From Octopus sinensis (taxonomy: Eukaryota): a DNA stretch of 64,000 nt. The stretch lies in NCBI RefSeq assembly GCF_006345805.1, contig NW_021833086.1, forward strand, positions 1 through 64,000, given 5' to 3'. Below the pieces are notes generated by a model. That model ran no database searches and was not told where the DNA came from. It saw only the letters and a program-made list of their open reading frames with translations. The position numbers and the translations under genes are program-made. The first letter of the stretch is position 1. Every line of letters begins with the position of its first letter. Of the stretch, positions 1 to 12,790 are shown piece by piece.

Positions 1-35
1 GCTATACGTGGCTTCCTAGAAAGACATCATATCTA

Positions 36-252
36 TTTCTTTATTACCCACAAGGGGCTAAACATAGAGGGGACAAACAAGACAGACATAGGTATTAAGT
101 CGATTACATCGACCCCAGTGCGTAACTGGTACTTAATTTATCGACCCCGAAAGGATTAAAGGCAAAGTCGATCTCGGCGGAATTTGAACTCACAACGTAA
201 CGGCAGACGAAATACCGCTAAGCATTTCGCCCGGCGTGCTAACGTTTCTGCC
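36..252 (-). mobile_element. tRNA-derived SINE, family 1 (~230 bp)
   Basis: Reverse complement reads TGGCAGAAACGTTAGCACGCCGGGCGAAATGC...GAGTTCAAATTCCGCCGAG (B-box-like)...TTTGCCTTT(A)ATCCTTTCGGGGTCGATAAATTAAGTACCAG...GCCCCTTGTGGGTAATAAAGAAATA. It matches the copies at 29310, 32755 and 38440. Confidence 0.85.
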
Positions 253-789
253 ATCTGCTCTGAGGCTTTCCCTGTTAGTAGCAGCGGAGATATCGAAATG
301 TTATCTCCCTTTACTGCCTGCTGAGTGACATTACGATTCCCATTGACAGATTCATTCACTCGCCCTGAATTCTTATTGCTGAAGAATCTGTTTTGGGGTC
401 TGCCTAATCATTCTTACGAAGAAAAACGGTGACGTACACCTCATTGCTGTGGGAAATGTCTTCGGGTGGCACATAGCCAAGGTCATCTGCAGATCTGTCG
501 CATCTGAACTAGGCGAGGAACTCAACCCGGTGACCAGTGGGTGGTAGAGGGTCACCAACGCACTAAACAGTTCTTCAATGACTGTATACCCTCTCCATTC
601 ATTTTACTTATTTATTTTATGATGTGGACAGTAATTAATGATCCAACTGGTAAACAGTTGCAGACTTATTGTATGTTTACAACGGGCCAATAATTAGTTT
701 GCATTTCTGGTGGTGTGAGTGGGAGGGAGGGACTGAGTCAATGTTTACAACTTTTCCGATATACGTTGTGGAAGGAAGGCACATATACC

Positions 790-1078
790 ATGCATGCATT
801 CATGCATAATACATACATACATACATACATACATACATACATACATACATACATACATACACATACACATACATACATACATACATACATACACTACATA
901 CATACATACATACATACATACAGACATACATACATGCATGCATGAATGCATGCATACATACATACATAGAGACATACATACCACATACATACATACATCA
1001 GACAAACACATACATACATACATACATACATACATACATACTACATACATACATTACATACATACATACATACATACA
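790..1078. repeat. (TACA)n microsatellite
   Basis: Direct reading. It is the source of the HTYI/MYVC pseudo-ORFs. A second array follows at about 1245-1335. Confidence 0.97.
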
Positions 1079-1243
1079 CAAAAAGAAATACCTACGCTGA
1101 ACTATTGAGAAATAGGCAGTTACTCTTTCCAGATTAAAAGTTCAGGTTTATACCTGTAACTATTGGGGTCCTGAGATATGTAACACACTGCCTAAATACC
1201 AATCTTGAGAAATTAGGCTTCTCAAAACCAGAAAGGAGAAAGC
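1078..1243 (+). mobile_element. R4/Dong-like LINE family A, short 3' ORF fragment between (TACA)n arrays
   Basis: Homologous to the C-terminal part (…TYAELLRN…YPDYKFRFIPV…GYVTHCLNTNLEKLGFSKPERRK) seen at 2250-2470, 42770-43010, 51140-51370 and 56580-56780. Confidence 0.75.
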
Positions 1244-1399
1244 ACACGTACATACATACATACATACATACATACATACATACATACATACATACATACA
1301 TACATACATACATACATACATACATACGTACATACATAGAAAAAGATATCTGATTTATAGAAGGCTATCAGCTTATAGAAGGCTTATCATCCTCGAACA

Positions 1400-2694
1400 A
1401 GCAAATAACTATACATCTCAGCAACAAAAGATAAAGAAGGAGATGATTATGATGTTTGGAGATAGTAAAAAGTGATCTCTCAGTTGTTAACTGATCTTCC
1501 TCAAGCAGGAGTTAAACGCTGTTAGTGTGAAAAACCGATACAAAATGAGAATAACCGAAAGAAAAACAATAATAAAAAATTTAACCGGGACCAGGTAGCA
1601 GTATATAAGGTACATGAGAGGAGAAGCAGTAAATATAGAACCTCCTTCGCGAAAAGACAGATTCCTGCTGGAGGAAAATCTGGGGCGAAGAGATGTAGCT
1701 TAATCGAAATACTCTGTCATTGCAGGAATTCAAAGTAATTACTGTCCCTGCAATACACCTAAGGCGTTGATGGTGATCTCTAACTCTTTCTTTGAAGGGT
1801 ATGCATTTGCAATCCAGGAACAGGAAAAAATCAACCCAATTTGTGACGCACAAAAGGGACAGAGACGCGAGAAAAAATAACAAAATGTGATAACCAGTGT
1901 AGACTTAGTGAAGTTAACACCAACAATATCACCTACATCGTAAGCATTTGTCTGAAGATATTTCGTTATTATCTACCCATAAGATATGATGTAACTAAGA
2001 CATTGTGCAATGATATCCGTAGGAAGGATGATCATGAGGCCAAACAGTTAAGAACCTTCAGTGTGGTATGGCAGAGAACATAAAATGAAAGAGTACTGGT
2101 GAAACGTCTCAGAGAGAACCTCAATAAAATGCAAATATAAAAGACCAGATATAGCGATTTATGATGGAGAACAGAATCTATGTACAGTGGTGGAAATCGG
2201 TTGCCCAGTGTATGTCAACATAAAGCTAAACATCAGCGAGAAAAGAAAATCATTACGCTGAGCAATTGAGAAATTTACCGCTACTCTATCTGGATTACAA
2301 GTTCAGGTTAATACCTGTAATTATTGATATACCGGGATATGTAACAAACTACCTTGATACCATCTTGGTAAATTAGGTTTCTCAAAACTAGAAATGAGGT
2401 AATTAATTAGGAGATTACAAATACAAGCCATCAATGGAACGGTCAAAATATGTAAAACTTTCCAAGAGTTTATTATTTAAGTGCATCTGCACATGTTTAG
2501 GCATGTAGCTATATGCATAAGTACAAGATACATAATACAAAACATACAAATCTGCATATGCACTGACTCCAAGTTCTTGTACATACACGCACAACTATCC
2601 TGCTGAAGGAGACTTGGATCTAGGTTAGAAACTGAGGATCTCTTGGTTAGAAACTGACTTTTTCTCCATTGGTAAGAAATCTATAAAGGAAGCT

Positions 2695-2700
<6 letters not shown>
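1400..2700 (+). mobile_element. R4/Dong-like LINE family A, internally deleted (pre-RT region joined to zinc-knuckle/RLE region and 3' UTR)
   Basis: From about 1770, TTTGAAGGGTATGCATTTGCAATCCAGGAACAGG and the downstream sequence align with 56140-56780. The segment 1430-1760 encodes a degenerate pre-RT stretch (YIRYMRGEAVNIEPPSRKD). No RT core is present. Confidence 0.6.
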
Positions 2701-2742
<42 letters not shown>

Positions 2743-3307
2743 ACCACCACCACACACACACGTACACACACATACATACACATTTGTAGATAAATAGATA
2801 GATTGACTGAGAGGGGGAGAAAGAGATAGAGAGAGATTTTGAGGTACATGATGGTCATGCTATTGGGAAAATATGTAGATGTGTTTTTTGGTATCTAATA
2901 GAAACACCGTCTTTGTGTTGTTACTGTTAATTACGTTAGGCCCACATTAAAAGTTGATTAGCATAAAGTCCCCTGCCGATACATTGCAATGTCTGGTTCA
3001 CAGCGGCTCGCCACTATAGACTAATTAAGATGAAAACTTGAAATATAGATTTGTTTTGATATCGTAGCTCTTAGAATATCAGTTTACCTCACCATTTTCT
3101 CCATAAATTCGATTGTTCTTTTTAAAATATTACTTGTTCATCATGTTAGCTGGCGAATAGGTCATCTTGTTTTACTTTGTTTGTTTATACGTATTTAAAA
3201 TTTTACCTGAGTCTGATGGGTTCATGCTATCATGTAATCTATGATGCATTAATAAAATGCTACAGAAAGAGCTGTATTTTAAACACCCATTGTATTGTTC
3301 TATCTAG

Positions 3308-3375
<68 letters not shown>

Positions 3376-4299
3376 TATATATATGTATGTATGTGTGTGT
3401 GTGTTGTTGTGTGTGCGTGTGTGTGTGTATGTATGTATATATATATATGTGTATGTATGTATGTATGTATGTATGTATATCTATATATATGTGTATTAAT
3501 CGCATATCTGTAATATAGATTGGACATGGGCGATCGTTGTATTCTTTCTTGTCTTGAGGTTCACAGCCACGACTGGATGGATTCGCGTGAAAAATGGCAC
3601 ACATGTGGAGACGGGTGCATAGATTGGAATGCGGTTTGTATTTTTTCCATAGCCCCCATGCTTACCGAGAAAATCGATTAAAACTCTTCTAAAGGAATTC
3701 CCCTGTTGGTTCCGCCATTAAAACAACCATTTCGCTAGCAACAAGGGGAGTAGGATGACAGTCAGCGAAAACCTTCACTATACTGTCTCTCTTCTTTTAC
3801 CTCTTTGTGGGGTTAATGATTTTAATCTTTAGTTACAGTTTCTCATTCAAACTGTATAATAGGCAGTATTGTCAGATTAAGACAGTAGAGTGTTTTGAGG
3901 AAGATTTGGCTGCTATTTCTACCAGTTCTAGCTACCATGTAGAGGTCTGAACTTAATTTTCATCCACATATTTGCATTTCAAAAATTTAACATAATCTTT
4001 TCCATAAATCAACAATACACGTAAACACATACAAAGTAAACACATACACGCGCGCGCGCACACTCTCTCTCTCTCACACACACACACATACACACACATA
4101 CACACACACACGTCTATTTCATATATCTTCTTTCAATGTCTGCTCTCTGCAAAGAAAATTTTTACGGATACAACTGCTTAAAAAAATTCTTTCTATGTTC
4201 ATAATTAAATCAATGTTTTAATGATTAGACAGAGGTCCAATAGAATAACTCTCAGAAACAGACTACGTACAAATTACTTCTTCACAACTCCTGAAGATG

Positions 4300-4475
4300 T
4301 TTTCTGACGTGGGATAGGGGAAGTCACGAAATTTTCATACAGCCGGAGGCTCCAATCGAAACAGGGGACTCGAAATGATAAGGTTGAGAAACGCTGTTAT
4401 AGATTATGCCTAACCGAAAACGACCACAGCCACATCATCCAAACAGACCGGGTGAAACCGGGCTTAGCTGCCAGT
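4300..4475 (+). mobile_element. possible non-autonomous Helitron-like 3' end
   Basis: GC-rich hairpin ACCGGGTGAAACCGGG followed about 10 nt later by CCAG|T, a degenerate form of the CTAG terminus. The 5' end was not identified. Confidence 0.3.
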
Positions 4476-4489
4476 ATATATAGTATATA

Positions 4490-4599
4490 TAACCGACCAA
4501 ATTATCAGATGTTGTTACACATCGCTGGTCACAATACGCTTCACATTGTTTTAGCTTTCAAATGACGCTACCCCGCTGGCTAAGGAGCAGGCCAATATA
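4490..4599 (-). mobile_element. SINE-like fragment
   Basis: Reverse complement TTGGCCTGCTCCTTAGCCAGCGGGGTAGCGTCATTTGAAAGCTAAAACAATGTGAAGCG… has a GC-rich, Pol III-like head. Family-level recognition only. Confidence 0.45.
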
Positions 4600-4622
4600 T
4601 ATATTATAATAATATATATATA

Positions 4623-4666
<44 letters not shown>

Positions 4667-4993
4667 TATATATATTGGCCTGCTCCCTTAGCATTTATGT
4701 GTTTACTCCGGTATATATGTCTGTATATGTGTGTATGTATTAATCGCAGTGTACATCGCTCTTCCGGGATGGCAGCTACGATTATTTCATTCTATAACAG
4801 CCATCTTTGAAGAGGGCAGGGTTACACCATCGGACTGTTATCTAACACTCTGTTGAACCCCTGGTGGGAAATCGCTCTGCAAGATCGGCCGTAATGGATA
4901 TATAATTACTGTACACCTGTACACTTCGATTGATATACCGACTCTACTGACAAATATTCGAATGCTTAGTTTTTCCTGACTTATGAATTATTA

Positions 4994-5059
<66 letters not shown>

Positions 5060-5099
5060 ATATATATATATATATATATAATATATATATATATAATAT

Positions 5100-5713
5100 A
5101 ATTAATCAAAGGACATACTAAGTCAAAACTCTTATTAAATCGCCGAAAATACACTGATGAAAACTACAGAAATCAAACGAAGGCAAAATCAGGTTAAGAC
5201 AATCTACTAACATGCATTTAAGTATCTGGACTCACATGGACCGATTTCTGCACTGGTAAAATAAACCTTAGCTTCTTCAGCACGCGTTACCATGATTAGA
5301 GATTCCCAACCCATCGTTTTGAAGTCTGTGCCGCAACTGATTCGTTTTGCGCCGAAATCACAGCAGCCACCAGTGTAAAATAATCTCGATACAATTTACG
5401 AGAAAAATAATTCACCAAAAATTAATTTGCGAAGGTGTCATTAATTCTATTATTATCCAATGTAACTATTTTAAAAATGATAACAGAATCAATGACACAG
5501 GCGATAGCAGGCCCAAAAATAGCATTAAATAGCCGAGGGATTAAAATTAATCAAAGGACCTACTAAGTATGTCTATCTGCTTGAAATAACAGTCAGAACT
5601 CTTATTAAATCGCCGAAAATACACTGATTAAAACTACAGAAATCAAACGAAGGCAAAATCATGTTAAGACAATCTACTAACATACATTTAAGTATCTGGA
5701 CTCACGTGAACCG

Positions 5714-5714
<1 letters not shown>
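5100..5714 (-). mobile_element. ORF-less Penelope-like/retrozyme-like unit: direct repeats (5100-5243 and 5544-5713) around a spacer, with a hammerhead motif
   Basis: The two repeats are nearly identical apart from a ~25-bp indel. The unit is flanked on both sides by (AT)n, and a hammerhead core lies at the repeat/spacer boundary on the minus strand. Confidence 0.65.
5233..5285 (-). ncRNA. minimal type I hammerhead ribozyme-like motif (degenerate)
   Basis: Minus strand reads GCGUG-CUGAAGA-AGCUAAGGUUUAUUUUACCAGUGCA-GAAA-UCGGU-C-CAUGU. Core CUGANGA and GAAA are intact. Stem I (GCGUG/CAUGU) has 5 pairs including 2 G-U. Stem III is the short near-palindromic type (AUCGGU) and stem II is imperfect. 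Confidence 0.55.
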
Positions 5715-5754
<40 letters not shown>

Positions 5755-5904
5755 TCCATTCAACGAACAAACGATTCAAAGAACGAAAAAAAAACCGAAC
5801 ACACACACAAACACACACACACACATTTAATTTATTATCGAGCAATATATAACTGGTTTTGGGCAACGTACCTGAAAATGTTACCTACGTGTCAATATTG
5901 CCTA

Positions 5905-6320
5905 TGTGTTCGGCGGAGAGTTAGCACGCTGGGCAAAATTTTTATTGGCATTTCTTCCGTCCTCACGTTCTGAATTCAAATTCCGCCGACGTTAACTTTG
6001 TCTTACACCCGTTCGGAGGTCGATAAAATAAGTACAAGTTGAACACCGGAGTCGATGTAATCGACTAGCTCCCACACCCGAAATTTGAAACAAATACTTC
6101 CTATGTGTGTAAAGCGGTGAGCTGGCAGAATAGTTAGTGCGCCTGGGTAAATGTTTAGTGGCATTTCATCCGTCTTTACGTTCAAATGTCGCTGAACCCG
6201 ACTTTGCTTTTCATCCTTTCGGGGGTCAAAAAATAAGTACCACTTGAGCACATGAGTTGATGTGATCGGCTTAGCCAATACCTCGAAATTACTGGCCTTG
6301 TGCTAAAATTTAAATCAATA
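5905..6320 (+). mobile_element. two adjacent degenerate tRNA-SINE copies related to family 1
   Basis: Each carries GTTC…AAATTCCGCC/…CATCCTTTCGGGG…AAATAAGTAC…GTCGATGTAATCGAC motifs (about 5905-6090 and 6115-6320). Confidence 0.75.
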
Positions 6321-6829
6321 TTACCAACGTGCCACAGTGTTTGTTTTCACTGTCCTGTTTTTGTTACCAATTTTGACACTCCGCAAAATCCCAAATACTA
6401 TTTAATTTGATTTGCGGGAGCAACTGTTTTATCGAAGGTGTATCTTGTCGTGAAATGGTCGAAATACGGATTAGAAAAACAGCCGACAACTGATGAAGGG
6501 CCGTTCTTTATATTGCGTGTCTTGTTTTCCATTTTTTCCGTCGTTGTTCGCAAAAAAAGTTCATATTCCATGTAATCGTATTTCGTATTCCATATTTTCG
6601 TATTTTTTGTTATTTACGTTCTGTGACGTCTTGTGCCCACATATGCATATGTATATACGTAAATATGTAAGTACATATACGTATGCATATATGCATTATT
6701 ATATGATTGAACGCCACGCATCAATTTCCAAGTTAATTTTATATATATATAAGGATGAAAAGGAACACACGAGTTGTCCATATATATATATATTATATAT
6801 ATATATATACTATATATATATATATATAT

Positions 6830-7040
6830 ATAGTTAATCGAAACATGAAAACACGAAGAGAAAACACAACAACGTGAGGACGTGGAACAAGTATAGTGTA
6901 TTGAACGCTCAGGAAATGAAAGAAAGAAGGAGGATTTAAGGTTTCGAGGGGAGCTCTTCATCAGAAAAATAGAAAAAGGAAAGATCTAAGGAAGGAAAGG
7001 CGGAGGAAAAAAATCGCCAACGATACATATGCGGTCACAT
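6830..7040 (-). mobile_element. Penelope-type terminal repeat fragment with hammerhead core
   Basis: Minus strand 6964-6941 reads CTGATGA-A-GAG-CTCCC-CTC-GAAAC, with stem I pairing UUU/AAA. G16.2 is altered, so the motif is degenerate. Confidence 0.45.
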
Positions 7041-8431
7041 ACATACATACATACATACATACATACATACATACATACATACATACATACATACATACAT
7101 ACACACGTATACACATACATATAAACATATAATGCATATATATATGCACAGATATATGTAAGTATGTATGTAACCGAAAAACATTCGCAATTCAAAAATA
7201 GATCATCATTAAAAACAGAAAGGTTTTATTTTCTTCGGCGTTCCTTTAAAAATTGGCCAATGTGTTTCGACTGTCGTCTCCTCAGAGAAACACACGTATG
7301 TGTGCGTGTGTATCTGTGTATGCGTGTCTAACTGTATGTGTATTTGTATCTACGTGTACTGCGTGCGTACCTGTGTGTGAGAATGTAAGCGAGTGTGTGT
7401 GTATATATTCATAGACACTTATATATATATACAGATATACGCAAACAAGTAGGAAGCCTTAGGGTTCGTTTCTTTCCCTCGATTGCATCTTTTTGTTTTT
7501 ATCTTCTTAGTTATTCATCTGGGCTTCACCTGTTCCTCCGATCTTCTGTCGTTGTTCCTCACTTTTACCCTTCACATATACGCAATTATTTTAAAGACTT
7601 TCGGTTAGTCTTAAGTTAAGAAATGTAGATTTTGTTTTTGTTTTTCAACATTTAATTTCTTCTTCAAATACATTTAATTTTATTGTAATTATTTTTCTAA
7701 AATTGTTTGCAGAATATTGTATTTTTACCTCCAATTTATTCACTTCCTCTTTGCCTGTTTTCATGTCTACCTGTCTGCCTGTCCGTTTGTCTGCTTGTCC
7801 TGTTTGTCTGTATTATTTCTGTTAGTTATTTGTTTGTCCTCATCCTGTTTATATAGACATGTAATACAATACCAAACACTCACACACGCGCACACGTATA
7901 TACACACATACACACATACATGCACTCATAAAAAATTTACATACAATCCTTATTCCTAGGACTTTCTCTCTCTCTCTCTCTTCTTTTCGCTCTCTCTCCC
8001 TCTCTCTCTCTTTCTTTGTCTCTGTATGTCTCTCTCTCTCCCTCTCTCTTTCTCGATGAAACCATTATTCCTATAAAGTATCTTCTGAGAAAAACAAACC
8101 ATCAACCGTCTAAGTTCCACGATAAACTTATTTACTATCATCCACATGAAGCAATCAGAAAGTACGTCAGGTGTGTGGACGCCTGGTTTCCTACAAAAAA
8201 CAACTGTTCGAAACTCTTTCAAATTTTCTCGTTTGTTGTCTTTTAAAAAGGACACTGGGTAGTATAGTCCTCCATTAACTATGTCTGGGAACAAAGGACA
8301 GAGTGGCCTGGGCGAAACGTATTTGACCTCAGGTCAGCTGATTTAAAGATAAGCAGGAGTGCTAACCTAAGGGCAAGCAACAATAGTAACGACAACAATG
8401 GCAATAACTACCGCAGCAGCAGCTGCAGCAG

Positions 8432-8592
8432 TGGAGGCGCAATGGCCCAGTGGTTAGGGCAGCGGACTCGCGGTTTCGATTCCCAGACCGGACATTGTGA
8501 GTGTTTATTGAGCAAAAACGCCTGAGCTCTACGAGGCTCTGGCGAGGGTGGGGGTGAATCCCACTGTACTCTTTCACCACCACTTTCTCTCA
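8432..8592 (+). mobile_element. tRNA-derived SINE, family 2 (partial)
   Basis: A-box TGGCCCAGTGG and B-box GGTTTCGATTCCC. Homologous to the full copy at 19495-19780 on the minus strand. Confidence 0.8.
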
Positions 8593-8895
8593 CTTTTTCT
8601 TCTTACTTCTGCCACAAAGCAGAGGAAGCATGGTGTAACCCACTATTGTGTGGTAAACTTTCAGGCACTAGTCTAGACTGCGAATCCTCTGTACCTCGGG
8701 ATGGTTCAGCTCTCCACCCGTTAAAAGCCACCGTTTACGGAATGAGGATAACAACGTAGCTTTCGCGCCCGTGCGACCGCCAGTCTATCGCGTGTGGTGG
8801 GTGGATCTTCAAGTTGCCACACGCATTCTTAGTAGCTTAGAGTAGGCTCGAATTAGAGATTATTCTTTGTGGATAATGGCGTGAGTCCTGATTGG

Positions 8896-9012
8896 AAGAA
8901 GAAGAAGAAGAAGAAGAAGAAGAAGAAGAAGAAGAAGAAGAAGAAGAAGAAGGAGAAGAAGAAGAAGAAGAAGAAGAAGAAGAAGAGGAGGAGGAAGAAG
9001 AAGAGATGAGAA

Positions 9013-9043
<31 letters not shown>

Positions 9044-9097
9044 AAGAAGAAGAAGAAGAAGAAGAAGAAGAAGAAGAAGAAGAAGAAGAAGAAGAAG
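8896..9097. repeat. (GAA)n microsatellite
   Basis: Direct reading. It produces the poly-E/R/S/F/L pseudo-ORFs. Confidence 0.97.
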
Positions 9098-9767
9098 CAA
9101 AAATAGCAACCACAAGAAGAACAACAGTAGTGATAGCAATCTTTACATGGCACTCTACGTGCTAGGAATTTCAACCGAATTTAAATCACATTGTACCGTC
9201 TTAAAAAAGAAAGGATGTATTGGATGATGCGACAATGATGCAAAATAAATAAATAAATATATAAATATAGAGCGAAATAAATAAATATAGAAAAAAAAAG
9301 ATAAATAAAGAAACGGGGTTACGACAATTTGAACGTTTTTTGATTATCAGTTTCCTCTTGTAGGGTTGAACTAAGACTAAACAACAAAATAACAACAGCA
9401 ACAATAACACAAGCAACAACGACAGTGCAAACAACACAAACAGCAATAAAACGACAGCAACACAAACAACAAGATCTCCCTCTCCCTATCAACATCAACA
9501 ATTTTCCACAAATGTACCCGTAGGGGCTGATAAACGAAGATTTACATATTTAGTAATGTATTTAACCATAACTGATCTCGAAGAAATATTTAAAGAATAT
9601 TCTGAAGTAACAGATATAACTCTAAGATAATGAGTTGGGACATAGGATGTGTAATTCCGTTCTTCGGTGAAAATATTTGAAGGAAAGTGTAATTCCAAAA
9701 GAATGTTTGGATCGAAGTTATTTGTTGCTCTTGAAATTGGTGCCAAACATATTAAAAGTTCAATATT

Positions 9768-9768
9768 A

Positions 9769-9827
<59 letters not shown>

Positions 9828-9903
9828 GATGATGATGATGGTGATGATGATGGTGATGATGATGATGATGATGATAATGATGATGATGATGATGGTGATG
9901 ATG

Positions 9904-9966
<63 letters not shown>

Positions 9967-9990
9967 TTAATATTAATATTAATAATAATA
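9768..9990. repeat. compound (ATG)n-(ATA)n microsatellite
   Basis: Direct reading. It lies immediately 5' of the R4-like family B insertion. Confidence 0.97.
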
Positions 9991-11872
9991 AAACTATCCA
10001 GAGACTGCAAGAGGAGAAAAAGTAACTTAGCCATGTCATGGATCGACTATCGTAAGCCGTGCGATATGATCCCACATTCTTGGATTATGGAGTGCATGAA
10101 CCTGTTTGGGATTGCATCGAATGTTGAGCAATTACTTGGAAAAAACTATGGCGAATTGGAGGACGGACCTGACAGCATACGGAAGAAGTTTAGGGACAGT
10201 AAAAATTAGGAGGGGCATCATCCAAGGGGACTGTCTGTCCCCACTGATCTTTGTACTGTGCTTGATACCACTAACACTGATTCTGAGGAAAGCAAAAGCT
10301 GGGTATTTATTCAAAAGCCGCCAGCAAAAAGTCAACCATTTATTATTCATGGATGACCTCAAACTTTATGGTAAAAATAGTGCCCAAGTCAGTTCCCTTG
10401 TTGATACGGTGTATTCCTTCTGTGCTAATATCAGTTCGGACTGAGAAAGTGTAGTGTGTTAGTATTGAAGAGGGGCAAAATCAAATGTATGACCGGACTA
10501 GCGATACCGTCGGGGGAAGTTATGAAGTAGATAGGAAAGACGGGCTATAAGTATTGGGGATTTTGGAAATGGATAAATTAATAGAGAAAGAAATGACAGA
10601 AAAATTTAAGGTGGAGTACTTACGCAGACTGAGACTGATCCTTAAGTCGAAATTAAACGGACGGGATAGGATTGAAGCTATCAACACCTGGGCGGTTTCA
10701 CTCCTTAGATATGGAGCAAGGGTAATTGCATGGACAGTAGACGAACTAAACAGCTTAGGCAGAAAGACAAGGTAGTTGCTAACTAAATATGGGTCACACC
10801 ACCCAAAAAGTAACACAGACAGACTGTATATACCAAGAAAAAGAGGGAGAAGAGGACTTCTTGGATGCGAACACAGCATTAGAGCAGAACAACATAACAT
10901 GGTATGTAAAAAATGCCACAGAACCGCTATTATTAGAAGTAAGAGGGTCAGGCTTGTGTAGGATGAATGATTGCAAAGATAAAGCACTATACAAGAAATT
11001 GAAAACGAATGAAACTGAAAATAGGTGGGTAAAGAAAAGAATGTATGGTCAATTTCATAGGGATGTTGAAGATAAGACAGACAGAGAAAAAAGATGATTG
11101 TGGATGACTAAAAGTGATTTAAAACCGGAAACGGGGGCACTAATCTGTGCTGCCCAAGAGCAAGCACTAAGAACAAACTACATAAAATACAGAATAGACA
11201 ATACAGCAGAAAGTGATAAGTGTAGAATCTGTGGACAAAACGGTGAAACCGTATAGCATATTACCAGCCAATATACACCACTAGTCCAGAAGGAATATAA
11301 GAAACTCCATGACTATTTAGCCAGGCTTGTCCATTGGACACTTTGCAACTAGTATGAATTTGACAGAGCAAAAAATTGGTACGACCACAAACCTGAAGGC
11401 ATTGTCGAAAATAGAAATGCAAATATCCTATGGGATTTTATGATTCAATGCGACCATGAAATTGAGAATAGGAAGCCAGACATAGTCTTAATTGAGAAGA
11501 AAAACAAACTATGCTGGATCATAGACATAGCATGCCCAGCTGACAATAAGGTATGTGATAAGGAAGAAAGAAAAGTCGAGAGATATGACAGGTTAGCTTG
11601 GGAAGTTAAGCAGTTGTGGTCGATGAAAAAGGTTGCAGTAGTAACAATAATTGTCGGAGCCCTGGGAACAGAGAGCAAAAATCTCGAGAAGTACGTGGAA
11701 TAAATAGGGGCTGCAGTAAGAATGGAGCACTTGCAGAAAACAGCACTGCTGTGAACCGCTCGAATATTCCGGAAGGAGCTCAAAAAATAAGAGGTGTTAC
11801 CTTAGCTCACTGGTAGTTAACAGCTGACACCGTAGTACATCTCCAGCGTTAGAAGATGTGCAAAGGCAACAA
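9991..11872 (+). mobile_element. R4/Dong-like non-LTR retrotransposon family B, 5'-truncated pseudo-ORF (RT, CCHC knuckle, restriction-like endonuclease)
   Basis: RT motifs AMSWIDYRK…PHSW, RRGIIQGDCLSPL and NHLLFMDDLKLY; knuckle remnant CRICG…HITS; endonuclease RKPDIV…IIDIACP…K…Y…L. Frameshifts and stops are present, and the 3' UTR ends in a degenerate (AAT)n tail. Confidence 0.9.
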
Positions 11873-11899
11873 TGATAATACTAATAGTAATAATACAAA

Positions 11900-12790
11900 T
11901 AGCCACAAAACACGAACAAATCAAAAATTGTTTTCAGTCTTTAAGGAAGCTGACAAATACAAAAAAGAAATCATAGTACCTAACAACTATGAAGAAAAAG
12001 AAGAAAATAAAATCTGAAAAAACAACTGAAATCCAAACTAAAACTGAAACAGAAACTGATTATAATAAAAGGTGGCAAGAAAAGCCCCATCATAGCAAAT
12101 ACTGGATTAATATAAACAGAAAAGAAATGGACAAAGCAAAATCCCAACAATGGCTGAAAAGTCCGGGACTCAAAGCAGAGACCGAAGGATTTTTAATTGC
12201 AGCACAAGATCAAAGCCTTCCCACCAAGAATCACCACAAACACATAATGAAGAGAAATATAACAAGTAACTGCAGAATATGTGGTGATGGACAAGAAACA
12301 ATGAATCATATTGTCTCTGGTTACCCAACCTTGGCTAAGAAGGAATATATTCACAGACACGACAGAGTTGGAACCTTATATATATTGGAAGCTATGCTAA
12401 CACTATAGAATATCAACAGAAAAAAGATGGTATAGGCACACACCAGAAATGGTCACAGAAAATGAGAAAGCAACCATATTCTGGGATATGCCAATACACA
12501 CAGATAGAGAAATTAAAGCCAATAGGCTAGATATAGTTGTTAGAGATCACCAAGAAAAATAAATGTTTTCTAATTGATGTATCAATACCAACAGATGACA
12601 ATGTTTCTCTAAAAGAAACGGTGAATCTTTCAAAATGCAACAATCTGGAAATAGAGGTAACTCGAGTGTGGAGCCTAAAGACAGAAACAATTCCTATCAT
12701 AGTAGGCGCATTAGGTATGATAAAATACATTCAGACAACTACATAACAGAAATAACAGGACTTACAAGTATATATAACATACAAAAAAAA
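11900..12790 (+). mobile_element. R4/Dong-like family C, 3' fragment
   Basis: QWLKSPGLKAETEGFLIAAQDQSLPT, CRICGDGQETMNHIVSG and endonuclease FLIDVSIP…TIPIIVGALG. Homologous to 62140-63068. Confidence 0.85.

Noticed and set aside
7956-8294. 112-aa and 76-aa overlapping ORFs next to a (CT)n tract
   Set aside because: There is no recognisable domain or splice context, and part of the length comes from the microsatellite.
8837-9227. Poly-E/R, poly-S, poly-L and poly-F ORFs; similar poly-I/N/Y ORFs at 9495-10209, 14961-15259, 34039-34585 and 61927-63395
   Set aside because: They are translations of (GAA)n, (ATG)n and (AAT)n trinucleotide repeats.
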